This document shows positions 31,591 through 47,604 of a DNA stretch of 64,000 nucleotides, piece by piece. Every line of letters starts with the position of its first letter. The stretch's first letter is position 1. The translations under genes and the position numbers were made by a program. This DNA comes from the human T2T-CHM13v2.0 reference genome, Homo sapiens, in NCBI RefSeq assembly GCF_009914755.1, contig NC_060935.1. One strand, 5' to 3'. A model generated the notes under the pieces. That model was not told the origin of the DNA. It saw only the letters and a list, made by a program, of their open reading frames with translations, and made no database searches.

Positions 31591-33413
31591 CTGGCAGACC
31601 CAATCGTACTAAAGTTATCTGAGGTGATAAAGGATTCTGTGTTAAGTCTCTGGTAAGCCCAGTAAGAGAGGTGCAGTGTTGGTCCTAAGATTGTTGAGCA
31701 AGATCATCCTCTTTGCAACAGAAAACAACTGTGCTTTTGAAAAACAATCCCTGGTTTATTGAAACACTGTTTTTGAAACTAAGAACTGGGACATGCATGG
31801 TGAAGTGACTATGAAAACTGAGCCACCCATCATGAGCTGGGTGTGGTAATATCCTTCATGACATGTGGTAAGACAGATGCAACGACATCCTATATTGTAC
31901 AATGGAAGTGAAATATTTAGGCTCAGGCTCAAGCAAATCCAGGTTTTTGCACTGATTCCTCTCCCTTAACTTACACCTATGGCCTGAAGACAGTTTCTCT
32001 ATGACTATTTGACTTAATGGCAGAAGAACTCAAGCCTGGTTCACAAAGAGGTCAGTGTGATGTGTTAGTGCTGGTCAGAGTGCACTGCTGTTACATTTAT
32101 AGTCCCACTTGGATGTGTCCCTGAAGGACAGTGGTGAGAAATTGTCCCATTAGGTTGAGCTGTGAGTGGAATACTTGATCATCCACTTTGTAGAAAGTAT
32201 AGGTAACCAGAGCTGTGGATATACATTGACACATTATTAATGATTTCACCTGCTGATCAGAAGCCTCAAGAAGACAAAACTGGAAGATCAGGGAAATGGA
32301 ATTTTGAGGAAAAAGTATGTGGATGGATCTATGGGGAGGGTATAAAGCTCGTGAATCTTTATTTGTCATGTAAATGCCTACCAGAGAGCATCTATCACAG
32401 AAGAGGTTCTCAACAACCAAGTGGACAGGATGCCCAAAGTGCCCCATCAGAATGTTTATATATTGACCTGATATCACACACAACATTGTCTCAGATTAAG
32501 AGACCCATTTTATGGCAAAGGATGTGCAATAGTGAACCACAAGATTCACCTGTCTTACATTGTACATTATCTCCCAGAAGCAGTTGGCATCAGAGAATGA
32601 AAGAATGGCCCTGAAGTCTGAACTAAGTCTCCAGCTTGGGGTAACACTGGTAAGGTTGGGGTGTTATCCTAAGGATCAGTATATGCAATAATCCCAGCAT
32701 TACATGGTGGTGTGTCCTTAACAGCTAGAATACATGGGTTCAGAAACCAATGGTAGAGGGAGGACTGGCCCTTCTTGCCATCACTTTCAAAAAGCTACTT
32801 CAGAATCTGTATTCCTATTTCTAAAACCTTAGGCTTTGCTGGGTACTGATTTTCACTGTGGTAACACTTCTGCCAGTGGATGCAATAAGTCTTCCACTGA
32901 CCTGGGGAGTGATTGGAGAATTGATCTTGATTGCCATGAGGACTGAAATTTGCCCCTACACAGTGGAGGCAAAGGTCTGAAACCCAGGGGACCTTGGGGA
33001 CATTTGGTAGTGCTTCTATGCCCAGTGAATAGAGGAAAGGGGCAATTGCATCAGTCATAGTCTAGTATGGGCAAATACATTAAGGGCTGAGACTTCTCAA
33101 GGATAAAGTCCTGGGTAAAGTAACTCACACTAGTCAAAGCACTGGCCAAGAATAAGAGAAATCTAAAATTGATGGAAGAGGAGGAAGTTGATGCCTTCCA
33201 ATCAGAGTCTTAGGACCAACTGCAGCAGTGAAGGTTGAGGCTTGATTTGCAAACCCTTTTTGAGTCATTTTAGGAGACTGCAACGGATGACCACATTGAA
33301 GTACTTAACTATAACCCCAACCCCTTGAGGCAGAATTGAGGGCATCTTATTCTCCTATAAGATAGGGATATTGTTAGAGGTGCAAGTGGATCTGAATGGC
33401 CTAAGAGGTAGAC
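31590..33413 (+). mobile_element. Class III ERVL internal region (ERV3-16A3-like), decayed pol
   Basis: ERVL RNaseH/IN motifs (GAGCCACCCATCATGAGCTGGGT, TGTCATGTAAATGCCTACCAGAGAG); PPT-like GCCTAAGAGGTAGAC before LTR. Confidence 0.7.
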
Positions 33414-34088
33414 TGTACTGGGCCCGGTTTACGTGCCTCTCCAAATTCGCTCAGCCCCATTCTCCTCCCTGTTCACATGTTCAGTGAAGATCTTAGGCGA
33501 CCACTGTAGTCACTTCATCTTCTACCAGCACTGATTCTCTTATATACTCCCAGAGAGAGGGCCAGGCTTTGGCACAGCTTCCTTCATACCCACTGAACTA
33601 TGGAATGCTCATGGGTATGGAGTGTTCCTTCATACCCACTGAACTACTGGAGTGCTCCACTTCTTGGAGCTGACCAGTCATTCCACCACTTCCTGTCTCA
33701 GATAAAATATTGTCCCACAGGGCATGGGCTCTGGCTTCCCCAGTGACTGCCTAAAAGGTCCTCGGAGGATCAGTTATATAACCCAGAAGTGAGGGGGACT
33801 CAATGCCTCTTGGGGCAAACTTTGACTAATTAGAACCTAGGGACAAGAGGAATCAATAAATAAATCCCTTTCCTTTCCTTCCCAAGATATGTGGGTCCTA
33901 CAAACCTGGATGAAACGTGTCCCAAGTGAGTTTACTTTTGAAGCTATGGCCAAATCCATCACACTCCACCTGGTACTTTATTTCCCTCCTTCCCTTCCCT
34001 GCTTTCATTTTTCTTTCACTTTTGCTGACCTGGGATTGCCCTTCCTAATAAACCTTAGCATATAAACTTCTTCAGGCTACTGTTTACT
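33414..34088 (+). mobile_element. ERVL 3' LTR (LTR16-like)
   Basis: Begins TGT after the PPT; TATATAACCCAGAAGTGAGGGGGACT..GGGGCAAACTTTGAC; AATAAA near 34047. Confidence 0.65.
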
Positions 34089-37000
34089 AGGAAACTCGAA
34101 TTGAAGCACCCAAAAGACACGGGTGAGGAGCAATCTAAATCTCTATCTGATCATACTCTCAGGTAGTATGCCATAAAAGAGTCTAAATTCAATCTAAATT
34201 ATCTCTCAACCAAGAAGTTGGGTGTTGGGGATGGAATTTAATCTTCAAGTATAAATATATAATAGAACAACTATATGTATATATCTTATATAAGCATACT
34301 TGTATGGATATAAAATCACATCTTAGTTTACTTCTACAGTTTTTCATTATCTGGTTGCAGTGCCTATATAACTTCAGCCCATCAGGGTGTCTTTAAAATG
34401 AGCCGGTCATGTTCAACTTACACTGTTAATAAACATTAACATAGAGCAAAGGCTATTAGACTGCAGAGTTCTGACACAGATTGACCTTTCATGTAAAAGC
34501 AATAGAACTCTTAATATTCTGCTTTATAAATGAAAAGCTGACAGACCCTTAACTGTAATGGCACTAGCTGGCCCAGCTATAATGACAACACATGTGCACA
34601 ACACAAATTAGAACTTTACAGCATCAGTAAGTTCTCTGGAATCCTAATTCTTAAAAGCTAGCACTAGGTGGAGACAGTGATTCATGCAATGCTTGCAGGC
34701 AGCCTTTTCGTAGTCCCCTGGAGAACTTGCTTCTATTTAATATTTCCATGTTTTTCTTCAGTGTGGACAGGGGTGTTCTTGAACAATTGGTATTTCTGAT
34801 AGAAACGTTATATAAAACAAAACATCTCAGGCTTTGGAAGGACCTACTTGAAAACACTCATGTATACACACAGCCCACAAGGCAGCCAAATAAGCTTCAA
34901 AGGCAATTTTATTTATTTAATATAATGTCTTTATTAGCTTTGCCTTCCCATTAAAGGCAAAATTCTATTTATGATACTTCATGAGTATCTACTTCCATGG
35001 ATAGGAGTATGAACAAAGTTGCAATTTCCTCCCAGATTTATTTGAACTTAAAAGAAATACTAGGGTCTCTGTTCAATATTTGATTGACAGTTATCTCCTC
35101 TCTCAAAAACAAAATCCAGAATTAAACATATCAATTTCAGAATGATTAATGGAGCCACAGATCCACCACAATGCTTTATTCAATTAATCTTTTAAAGTAA
35201 TGGAAAACAAAAATACTTTAGATAATTTTTTGGAGTCCAGTGCCTTTAATGGAACTACAACTATGAAAATTTGTGCAAGTCTGTATACATAGTAACAAAA
35301 AGATACTATTTAGCACTCTTGGAAATCAACAGTAAAACAAAAACAAATCTAAATGTGCCCTAGTTGAAAAGAAATAGTCTTTTTCATATTGTATCAGGAC
35401 AAAATTGTATTGTTTCCAATAAGGTAATGAACATAGTAATAAAATTAGACAATATATCATTTGGATCTGGTACAGTATATAACAGATAAATAACAGATAT
35501 TCCAGCAAATTCCAGCTCAAATAAGCAGTGTCTAACAAACATGAGGGTTAAAATGATCAGATTCACATCCCACGACTGTTAAAGAAACGCTTTAACGTTT
35601 TGTTTTACGCAAGGTGCTATTTATTTTGCTGACCACTTTTCAGTTTTTAGGATTACCTAAGCAACAAGATAATAGCACTTAGAATGTATTTATAATGAAT
35701 TTAAAATGGTATGTTTCCGTAGAAACAGTGAAGAGGATATTATTCATACGGGTACAATAATATATTTTGTGTATTAATTTTGATAGGATTCAGTTTATAA
35801 GACTGAATTTAAGTACTCCATCTCTGAAAAAAAGGAAAGGATAAGAAAAATAAATATATAGATTGTAAAAAGTAATAGTAATAATGACTTACTTTGATGG
35901 AATTTGAAAATAGCCCATCAAAATTCCATGGATTTGAACTGTTTTGAAGTTTTCTAGGGTTCTAGTACTCTGGACAGGGAACAAATCACTCCAAATTTGG
36001 AACTACATGCACAAGCTGGTCTTAAACACTGCATAAGGGTTAAAAGGTTAGATGCACCGCTGAAACCTGAATACATCAAATATTACTCTCTAGTTTTTAA
36101 CCAGTATCACTGTATGAAATATTTTAGCCCATTTTTATTTTGCAACTGACAATGAACATTAAAGATAAATTAATATTTTATGTAAACAATTATTTTAAGA
36201 TTTAAATTTTAAGTAACTTCATCCTAATAGAAACAAGACACTAAAGACTGCAGCATTATTAATTTGCAAGCCAAAATTTACAAAGATCAAGTAATTTTTG
36301 TAAATTAAACATTATTCTACTTTATTTCTGGAATATTTTGTACAAACTAATAAATACAGTTGAAATTTGTTCATCTGCCTTATTGTATATTCATGCCCCT
36401 TTGCCCTATCTCTTTACATTATTTTGATAACTAGCAAATTATTTAAAACAGGAACTGGACTTTAATGGCAATTAAGGGCTAAGAAGGAGAATGCTATGCT
36501 ATGATAATAATCCATCCTGTATAGCTGGGAGTTTCTAAGAATAAGAAATCATTTCAACAATAACACTGAAAAGAATATTTATTTCATCATAATTTCCATA
36601 ATGTTATATTATATCCCTCTCAACTGATTTTCTTTAAGCACCTTAACACAATCTAAATTTATTTTTCAAAGATTAATTATTAAATATGGTGGAAACATAT
36701 GGTACATTAATAATAATTGCCAGTAGTACATATATATTTAGTCTAGAAAAATAAATGGATATACAAATGGATACAAAGCCAATCCTGACATCTCTTGGAA
36801 GTTCGCTTTTAACATAAGTCTTTTACCTGCTATTTTGTTTTGTTTTTCTAGTTGGTTGAGCTTCCTGGTTATTTAGATTCTGGATACATAGGAGTAATTT
36901 ATATTCAGCACTAAAAACCTATCATTATCTCCCATAGTCAGAGTTTCATACTTGCTGTAAAAGCAAAGCTCTCTTTGCAACTCAGTAGTCTCTACAAAGT

Positions 37001-37479
37001 GCAAGATTTGTAAACAAAAAACCATCCCTTCTTCAACAATACCTGCTTATGATGGAACCACACTTGATCCTGGAGTTCTTGAATCTGTTGCATTCATCAC
37101 CTATCTGGGCTTGATAGGTAGGTTAGCTTTGGTATCTCAGATATTTGGTGGATAAACTCCCTAAAGTTTCCATATTTATTTAAATGAAAGCAAGATAAAT
37201 GAATGCTCTCTTGAGCACTTGCTGTCTCTCCCCAGCACCACGCTAGGCATTACAAGGAATACAAAAGAAGTTCGTGCCATTTCAAGAAACCAAGGAAGAA
37301 TAATCTTTTGATATTATATAACTCCCAAACATATGATTCTTCGAGTAAAGACAGAGTTCGAGCTAGAAGAGAGAGCAATTCATATCTGCAACTGGTCATT
37401 TCCTGGCCTCAGTTATGTCAACTAATTTTGCTTAAAGTGCTTAAAGTCCATATCAGACAGAAACAGTTAATTCCCCAAA

Positions 37480-37880
37480 TCAATTTTCTCTTCCTTCAGT
37501 AGTAATAGACTTTTAGCTGGGTACACGGCTACCCATCTATTACAAGATTTCTTTGCATTTAGGTGTAGCCATGTATCAAAGTTCTGGCCAGATAGGTTGT
37601 GAGTGGATATGATGGGCACCACTCACAGACCTTACCCTTAAAGCAACTGGACATGTACTCCACTAGTCCCTCTTCTCCATCCCACTGACTGAGAGATGAT
37701 AAGAGCTGGACTAACTGCTTTAGAGCCATAGGTGGGAGCCACATGATAAGAATGGCACAGCCACCTAACCAGCTCTGTAGCACTACCTATCTATAAACTA
37801 TCATGCAAACAGAAATGAGCTTCGGGGTAAGCCTAAATGTTTTGGAGTCTCTTTGCCACAGCAGCTTAGCTTAACACACT
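37480..37880 (+). mobile_element. MLT1-type MaLR LTR (old)
   Basis: TAGGTGTAGCCATGT..AAGTTCTGGCCA and GTCTCTTTGCCACAGCAGCTTAGC motifs. Confidence 0.65.
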
Positions 37881-39616
37881 TTCTAGTATAATCTTGGGTT
37901 TTTTCATTGGCCCCAGTCTTTTACATTTTCCTGTGCACTTCCTCTGAACATTTTACTGCTTTTTCTGCTATCTACTTCTGGGAAATTTTCATGTGTTTCT
38001 GCCACCATTAAGTCATATCCTTCCTAATTCTCATTGCTGTTTTCGTAAATTCTTGTCCTGTTTTTCCTTCTGATTTTCATCCACTTCTCCAAGTTCTTCA
38101 AGGAACACTCCTATAGGCAGGAAGCGTTAGCTCTTCAGAAATATTGGCACTAAAAATATGTTTTTTTAAAAAATCTCCAGGGCCACTCCTAGGGTGTGCA
38201 GTGCCCTGCAAAGATAGTTTTTGTAGGGTACTTGCCTATGTAAACAACACAATTTTAGAATTCATTCCAAAACTTACAGGTCTGTGTGAGGTATAGTGAT
38301 TAATGGATAGAGAAGAGATGCTTACACATTTGTTTATTGCTCAAGTGGTGCACGTGAAGATTCTTCATAAGTTCTAGACATCATCTCAGGTTCAGGAACC
38401 ACCTCTTTGTGTTCTTTATCATCGAATGTGCAGTTCTTGACTAATTTAATATCCTTCCCCTCAAGAAGTTCCACTGTCATGGCTCTTTGGAATTTATTTG
38501 TATTGACATGGCATAGATCTTTTTGCCTCTGCAGCTCCTTAACACCATGATGCAATGCTGTTAACATAATTACTCATGACACCGCAGCATCCGTCACACC
38601 ATCCATGAATACCAGCTTACCAAGACTCCCTCAGAGGTCATTGCTGGGGTTCACTGATGATAACCAAGTACAAGTGTTACCCAGAGTATGTAGGAAAATG
38701 TGAATGATGATTTGTTTTCTAATCATGTTAAGATTATTTTTTGGAATTTTATAGCATAATCATAGACCAATATAAGTCCAATTATATATATATTTGAACT
38801 TTTTCTGCTACAATCATTGCATTCAAGAATGTGGTTTCTTCCAATGTTAACCACATCTTCACCCTTAACACAAGTGGGGAGGATGGAAGAGGGGCCAATA
38901 GGCAGAATGAAATGATGAGTCTCATTTGCACGAAGAATGTTCATCCTTTCTTCTGCATGGCTTAAGATCAACAGGACAGCATGTCATGTCGATCAGAGGT
39001 ATGAGAGGACATAGATCCAAATGGCTTGTTGAGGCTTCAGAGCAGTAATCTCTAAAGCCCTCAGAAAAGATAGGCATGGTAACTTCCAGAGGACTGCCAA
39101 ACAGACATGTGGCTTGGAGCCTGAAGACAGGGTGAGTGAGTCCCTTGGACACCAGTGGAGTGCAAAGGATAAAGCAAACCTGCTGCCATTCTTCACGAAA
39201 GATTGCCATAGACAAGAGGTGGTGCCATGGTCAGAACACATACAGGCGAAAGCCAACACATAGGTGTACACACATAACTTAAACTCAAGAATAGGCAGTG
39301 AATCATCCAAAGTCCAGAGCCTTGAACTTGTTCTGTATCTGACATGAGTGAGAGTCACCCAAAAATCACCATGTCAGTACCATTCTGGAGGCCCAGTCTC
39401 CATATCATACCACAAAAGAAATATTGTGCTGGCCAGCAAGAATGATCCACTCATCAGGTTACCCTCTGAACCTATAGCTTCTCAGGGTATCTGTCCAATC
39501 CCACAATGAGTAGAGGATCAGAGAGGGCCTTGAAGGGAAATAATGGGGATGGGACCCACACCATCCCAGTCTGGACTTAAAGCATTCTTGTCACCAGAGA
39601 TATCTTAGAAAATTTC

Positions 39617-41696
<2,080 letters not shown>

Positions 41697-42445
41697 TAAG
41701 GTGGTTCTGTGTGTTTACCCAGGAAATTGTGGGACAGTCTTCAATCATCAGAACAGGTCAAAGAGATTAGAACTTATAAGGAAGTGAGTGATAGCTTTTC
41801 AAAAGTATCTCCAATTCAGAAATATTTCCCCAAACAGCTCTTAAAGTCTATAGATAGTCTATTATGAGTCACATTTCAGTTCTGTGTCAATCAAAGTTCT
41901 TAGGAAACAGATGAGAAATAAGAACAAGAAACTGAAAAACAAAGAAAAACACCCCAGAGGTCCCACATGAAAAGGACAAGAGCAGTTAGGTAGAGAAAAA
42001 AAATGATGAGGTATGAGAGCTCTGAGGTATGGGAAAAGAATGAATATTAGTAGGAAGTCCACAAATGTAATGAAATAACAAGGATGCTTTGTCTAAAGTC
42101 TGCCTTGGGAAACACCATCCAACACATTTTCACCACCTACATTTATGTTGCTGGGTGCCAGGGATCCCAGGAACTGAGACAGTTTCTATCCTTGAGGAGT
42201 CCCAGTTTGGTGAGCAGGATGGGCCAATGGAATAGGTACCAGTGACACAGGTGATCAGGGTAATCATGGGTTTTGTAGAAAGTACGGCAGAGAACTGACC
42301 ATAGCACCACTGATTCTTCCTGAGGGGTTTGAAGAGTCAACAGAGAGGACATGGGAATTTGGTTCCCTAGGATTCAGAACAGTGTCTAGCCCATAGGACA
42401 CATTCTGCTATTTACTCAATGAATGAATAAGTTAACCTGGACTCC

Positions 42446-42790
42446 AGTAGTCCCCTTTATCACAGTTTTGCTTTCTTCAGTTTCAGAAACAAGCGATCAA
42501 CCACAGTCTGAAAATACTAAAGGGAAAACTCTTGTTGAAAGAGAGAGAAAAAGAGAGGAAGAGACCACATTCACATAACCGTTATTACAGCATATTGTTA
42601 TAATTGTTCTATTTTATTACTAGTTATTGCTATTGTATTACTGTGTATAATTTATAAATTAAACTTTATCACTTATGTTTATATAAGAAAAAACAAAGTG
42701 TGTATATATATATATGGTTTGATATTATCTGTGGTTATATATACATCAAATATATATATCAAATTATATATATCAAATTATATATATATC

Positions 42791-42847
<57 letters not shown>

Positions 42848-42912
42848 TTTGATATTTTCTGTGGTTTCAGGCATCCACTAGGGGTCTTGAAATGTATAGG
42901 GAGGGATTCTGC
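42446..42912. mobile_element. MER44-like (Tigger-derived) DNA transposon with internal (TA)n expansion at 42700-42845
   Basis: CAGTAGTCCCCTTTATCACAG start, GGTTTCAGGCATCCACTAGGGGTCTTGAAA near end. Confidence 0.75.
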
Positions 42913-43223
42913 ACATTTAAAATCTAGCTGGTGAATTCTAACTTCTCAATTTGCCATTTATTGATACTCGAAATTATTGAATTCTTAAATCTTTAAAGTG
43001 AGATAACATAAATAAACACAAATTCCTTTACTTCTAAGTAAGAGATCATTTGCATGATATAATTTGCAAGATATCACAAAATTCCCCTACTCAAAATTAT
43101 TTCTCAAAATTAAGTACTGAAATTCCATCGTTGCCAATAAATTTATTTATGCTTAAATAATGATTCTTTTTTGGCCAAAGCCACTGCAAGATTTACAAAA
43201 CAAAGAGTTGATATGTTACAGTC

Positions 43224-43703
43224 TGTGGTAGAATAATGGTCCCTCTAAAGATGCTCACACCCTAATTCCTAAAACATGAATATTACTTTAGAGGCAAAAT
43301 TAAACTTTGTGGGTATGATTAAGTTCAGGATTTTGAAATAGGTAGATTTCCTGGATTATCTGTGTTTAGGCCCTAAACCTAATCATAAGTGTCCTTAGAA
43401 GAGAGAGGCAGAAGGAATTTTGACACTACAAAAGAGGAGAAGGCAATATGATCACAAAAGCAAAGATTAAAGTGATGAGGCCTCAAACCAAGGGATGCTG
43501 GCAGCCACCAAAAGCTGAGAGGCAAGGAATGTATTGTTCCTTATAACCTCCAGAGGTAGTATGGCCCCACTGACACTTGATTTTGGCTCAATGATACTGA
43601 TTTTTAAATTTCTGGCATCTAGAATTATGAAGATAAATTTCTATTGTTTTAAGTCACCAAGTTTGAGGCAGTTTGTTACACCAGCCAAAGGAAACTAATA
43701 TAT
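43224..43703 (+). mobile_element. MLT1 (B/C/D-like) MaLR solo LTR
   Basis: TGTGGTAGAATAATGGTCCC...GGAAACTAATATA. Confidence 0.85.
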
Positions 43704-45614
43704 AATTTCAAAATAAGTTATAAATTCCAACAGTAATTGCTTCTTTGCTTTGAGGTAAGTTTTGAGTGTAGAAATAGAGAAAATTTTATAATTCATATTT
43801 GCATATTCCTCTTTAGCTAGACTTTTTTACTACAGATTTTTTGGAGTTCATTTTCATTCATTTCCTTTTATTTAAAACAAGTTGTAATATTATAATCAAA
43901 CTACATTTTAAATTTTTATGTCCTAATTTTCTTTAAAACTGGTAATACTTGCATTATGTTTTTCATATTCATCATTTTTAGTAACTGCATAAAAGTTCAT
44001 AGAAGAGGGACTTGACTAGAGGTATCTGGTATTTGCCTCCTTCACAAAGAAGAACCAAAATAGTGGGCAGATTATCACACTTCTAATAGATCATCTAAGA
44101 CAGAACACTGGAATTCAACAGAGAAGTAACAGAAAACACCAAAAGCAAGGAAGGAGGGAAATGAGGCAGCCTATTTAGTTAGGATAGAATGGGAATCTGG
44201 AGAGGATCCCCAGTGTGGGGAAAGGGTAAGTAAGATATCCCTAGCAATCTACATTTCCACAATAGACTCCTGTAGTTGGAGCCATGGAAAAGTGCCTCAA
44301 CCCTCGCAGGTCCTGAAACTAACATAGTGAGATGCCTGGAGGCCACACAACAGCATTGCTTCAGAGAGAGAGAGCTCATGCTGGTTCCCCAAGTCCTAAG
44401 CAGCTACAGCATGGCACCATTTTGAGGGCCCAGTCCCCACAAGACTACATCCTGCCCTGGGGTCCAACAGCCCCTACATCTACAAATCCATGGAGCTACA
44501 TTGACATCTCCCACTTGCAGCTACCACTGTGGCTTGCTGCTGCCACCAGGGCTGAAGTGCAAGCTGTAAGTTGTGACCCCACTGCTCCCACCAGCAAAAC
44601 TATGTACATTTTCAAGCACCCCAAGGACAGACTCTGCCACTGCTGCTGGCAGTTGCCACCAAGGCCAAAGCATGAGCCATTGGCAGTGACTCCACCACCC
44701 CCAACAGAGGAACTGTCACACATTTGCTAATGCCCTGAGGACAAGCTACTCCACCTGCAGCCACCATCTGGGGCTAAAGTGTACACTCCCCAGCTGCCTG
44801 ACTATGGTTTCTGCCAATGACAGCAATCCTGCCCTCCCCAGTAGCAGGGCCACAGCACAGCCACTGATCCTTCCCCCAACTCAACCTTTTCATCAGGGAC
44901 CTGGGGATTACCCCATATCTGCCTACCACAGCCAGCATCTGCATGCACCATAGGGGACCTGAGGTCAAGTTGGCCCAGCCCAGCTCCTTATCCAGTGCCT
45001 AAGCATGCCATCTGGGGGCCTGGAGATTGCCCAGCACAGCACACCACCATTGGCACCTGAGCACTCCTTCCAGAGGCCTGAGGTTGGGCCCACCCAATCT
45101 GCCACTATCATCACAGCTGGTGCGCCCACACACACACAAAGTTCCACCTGGTATCCCCATCCCCAGCAAAATTTCACCACAACTAACAACTCCATCCTAA
45201 TCCACTGAGGAAATCACAGACATTACTGACCCAACCAACACCGTAAATACATCTTCATGAAAAAGTCCTCATCTACAAAAGCTAATTCAAAAAATTGGAT
45301 GAAGCAACTATTATGCCAGATATGCAGATATCAATAACATAAAGACACACACAAAAAAAAGAACAATCAAGAAAAGATCACATCTCCAAAAGAACAAAAG
45401 AACACAATAATTCTCCAGTAAGAGTCTAGTGAAAAATAAATTATGAAATGCCAGAGAAAGAATTCAAAATAATGATACTAAAGAAGCTCAGTGAGATACA
45501 AGAAAATACAGATAAACAATACAAAGAAATTAGGAAAATAATTCAAATATAAATGAGAAATTTATTAAAGAGATAGATATCATTACAAAAGAACCAAACA
45601 AATCCTAGGAATGA

Positions 45615-46017
<403 letters not shown>

Positions 46018-46908
46018 AAAAACAGGCTTTTTGAAATAACCAATCAAACAAAAATTTTGAAAAGAAAAACAAAGTCTACATTACATATGGCACACCATAA
46101 AGTGATCAAATATTTGAATTTCCAGTGTCCCAGGAGGCAAATAGAAAACAAAAAGGATAGAAAACATATTGAATGAAATAATAACTGAAACCTTCCCAAG
46201 TCCAGCAAGAGATTTAGACATCCAAGTACAGGAAGCTCAGAGATCCTCAAATAGATGCAATTCAAAAAAGTCTTCTCCATTGCATATTATAGTATAACTG
46301 GCAAAGTCAATAACAGAGAAAATTCTAAACACAGCTAGAGAAAAGCATCTAGTCACTTATGAGGAAACCTCTAGCAGACTAACAGCAAGTTTCTTAGTAG
46401 AAACATTATAGGAGAGAATGAGATAATATATTCAAAATGCTGAAAGAAAAAAACTGTCACATGTTATATCCAGAAAAGTTACCCTTCATTAATGAAGGAG
46501 AAATAAAGTCTTTCTCAGAAAAGCAAAAACTGAGAAAATTTGTTATCACTAGACCAGCCCTACAAAAAATGCTTAAAATCCTACACTTGGAAACAAGAGG
46601 ATGATATCTACCATCATGAAAACATACAAAAGTATAAAACCCACTGGTAGAGCAAACACATAAATAAGAAAGAGAAAAGACTAAAATGTTACCACTATAG
46701 AAAACCACCAAACCACAATGATAAAAATAAAAGATAAAGAAAGAAACAAGGCTATACCAAAAAAGAAAACAAAAAAAGAATTAATAAATTGACAAAAATA
46801 AGTCCTCACATCATAACATAACCTTGAATGTAAATAGATTAAACTTTCCATTTAAAAGATACAGACAAGCCAAATGGATTAAAAGAAAATGATCAAACAC
46901 TATGTGGC

Positions 46909-47604
46909 TGATATGGTTTGGATCTGTGTCCCCACCCAAATCTCATGTTCAATTATAATCCCCAATGTTGGAGGTTGGTCCTGGTGGGAGGTGACTGAAT
47001 CATAGGGGTAGTTTCTCATGGTTTAAAATCATCCCCCTGGTGCTGTCCTCTTGTTAAGAGTTCTCACAACATCTGCTTGTTTAAAAGTATGTAGCACCGG
47101 CCAGGCGTGGTGGCTTATGACCGTAATCCCAGCACTTTTGGGGGCTGAAGTGGGTGGATAACCTGAGGTCAGGAGTTCGAGACCAGCCTGGGCAACATGG
47201 CAAAACCCCATCTCTACTAAAAATACAAAATTTAGCCAGGCGTGATGGTGTGCACTTGTAATCCCATCTACTCATGAAGCTGAGGCAGGAGAATCACTTG
47301 AACCGGGGAGGTGGAAGTTAAAGAGTGAGCCAAGATGGCACCACTGCACTCCAACCTGGGTGACAGAGTGAGACTCCATCTCAAAAAAAAAAAAAAAAAA
47401 ATGTAGCATCTCCCCCCTCTCTCTCTTCCTCCTGCTCTGGCCATGTGAAGTACTGGCTCCCTATTTGTCTTCCACTATGACTGTAAGTTTCCTGAGGCAT
47501 CTCCAGAAGCCAAGCAGAAGCTGCCATGTTTCCTTTACAGCCTGTGGAACCATGGACTAATTAAACCTCTTTTCTTTACAGCAATGCGAGAACACACTAA
47601 TACA
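46909..47604 (+). mobile_element. MSTA-like solo LTR containing an Alu
   Basis: TGATATGGTTTGGATCTGTGTCCCCACCCAAATCTC...ACTAATACA; exact 5-bp TSD GTGGC. Confidence 0.9.
47099..47401 (+). mobile_element. AluSx-like
   Basis: Full dimer with poly(A); TSD ATGTAGCA. Confidence 0.93.

Noticed and set aside
37043-37100. 58-bp minus-strand exon candidate (ctaac...atag|GTGATG...AGCAG|gtattg), phase-compatible with exon 26527-26650
   Set aside because: No polypyrimidine tract, a competing AG, and an unrecognisable peptide; insufficient support
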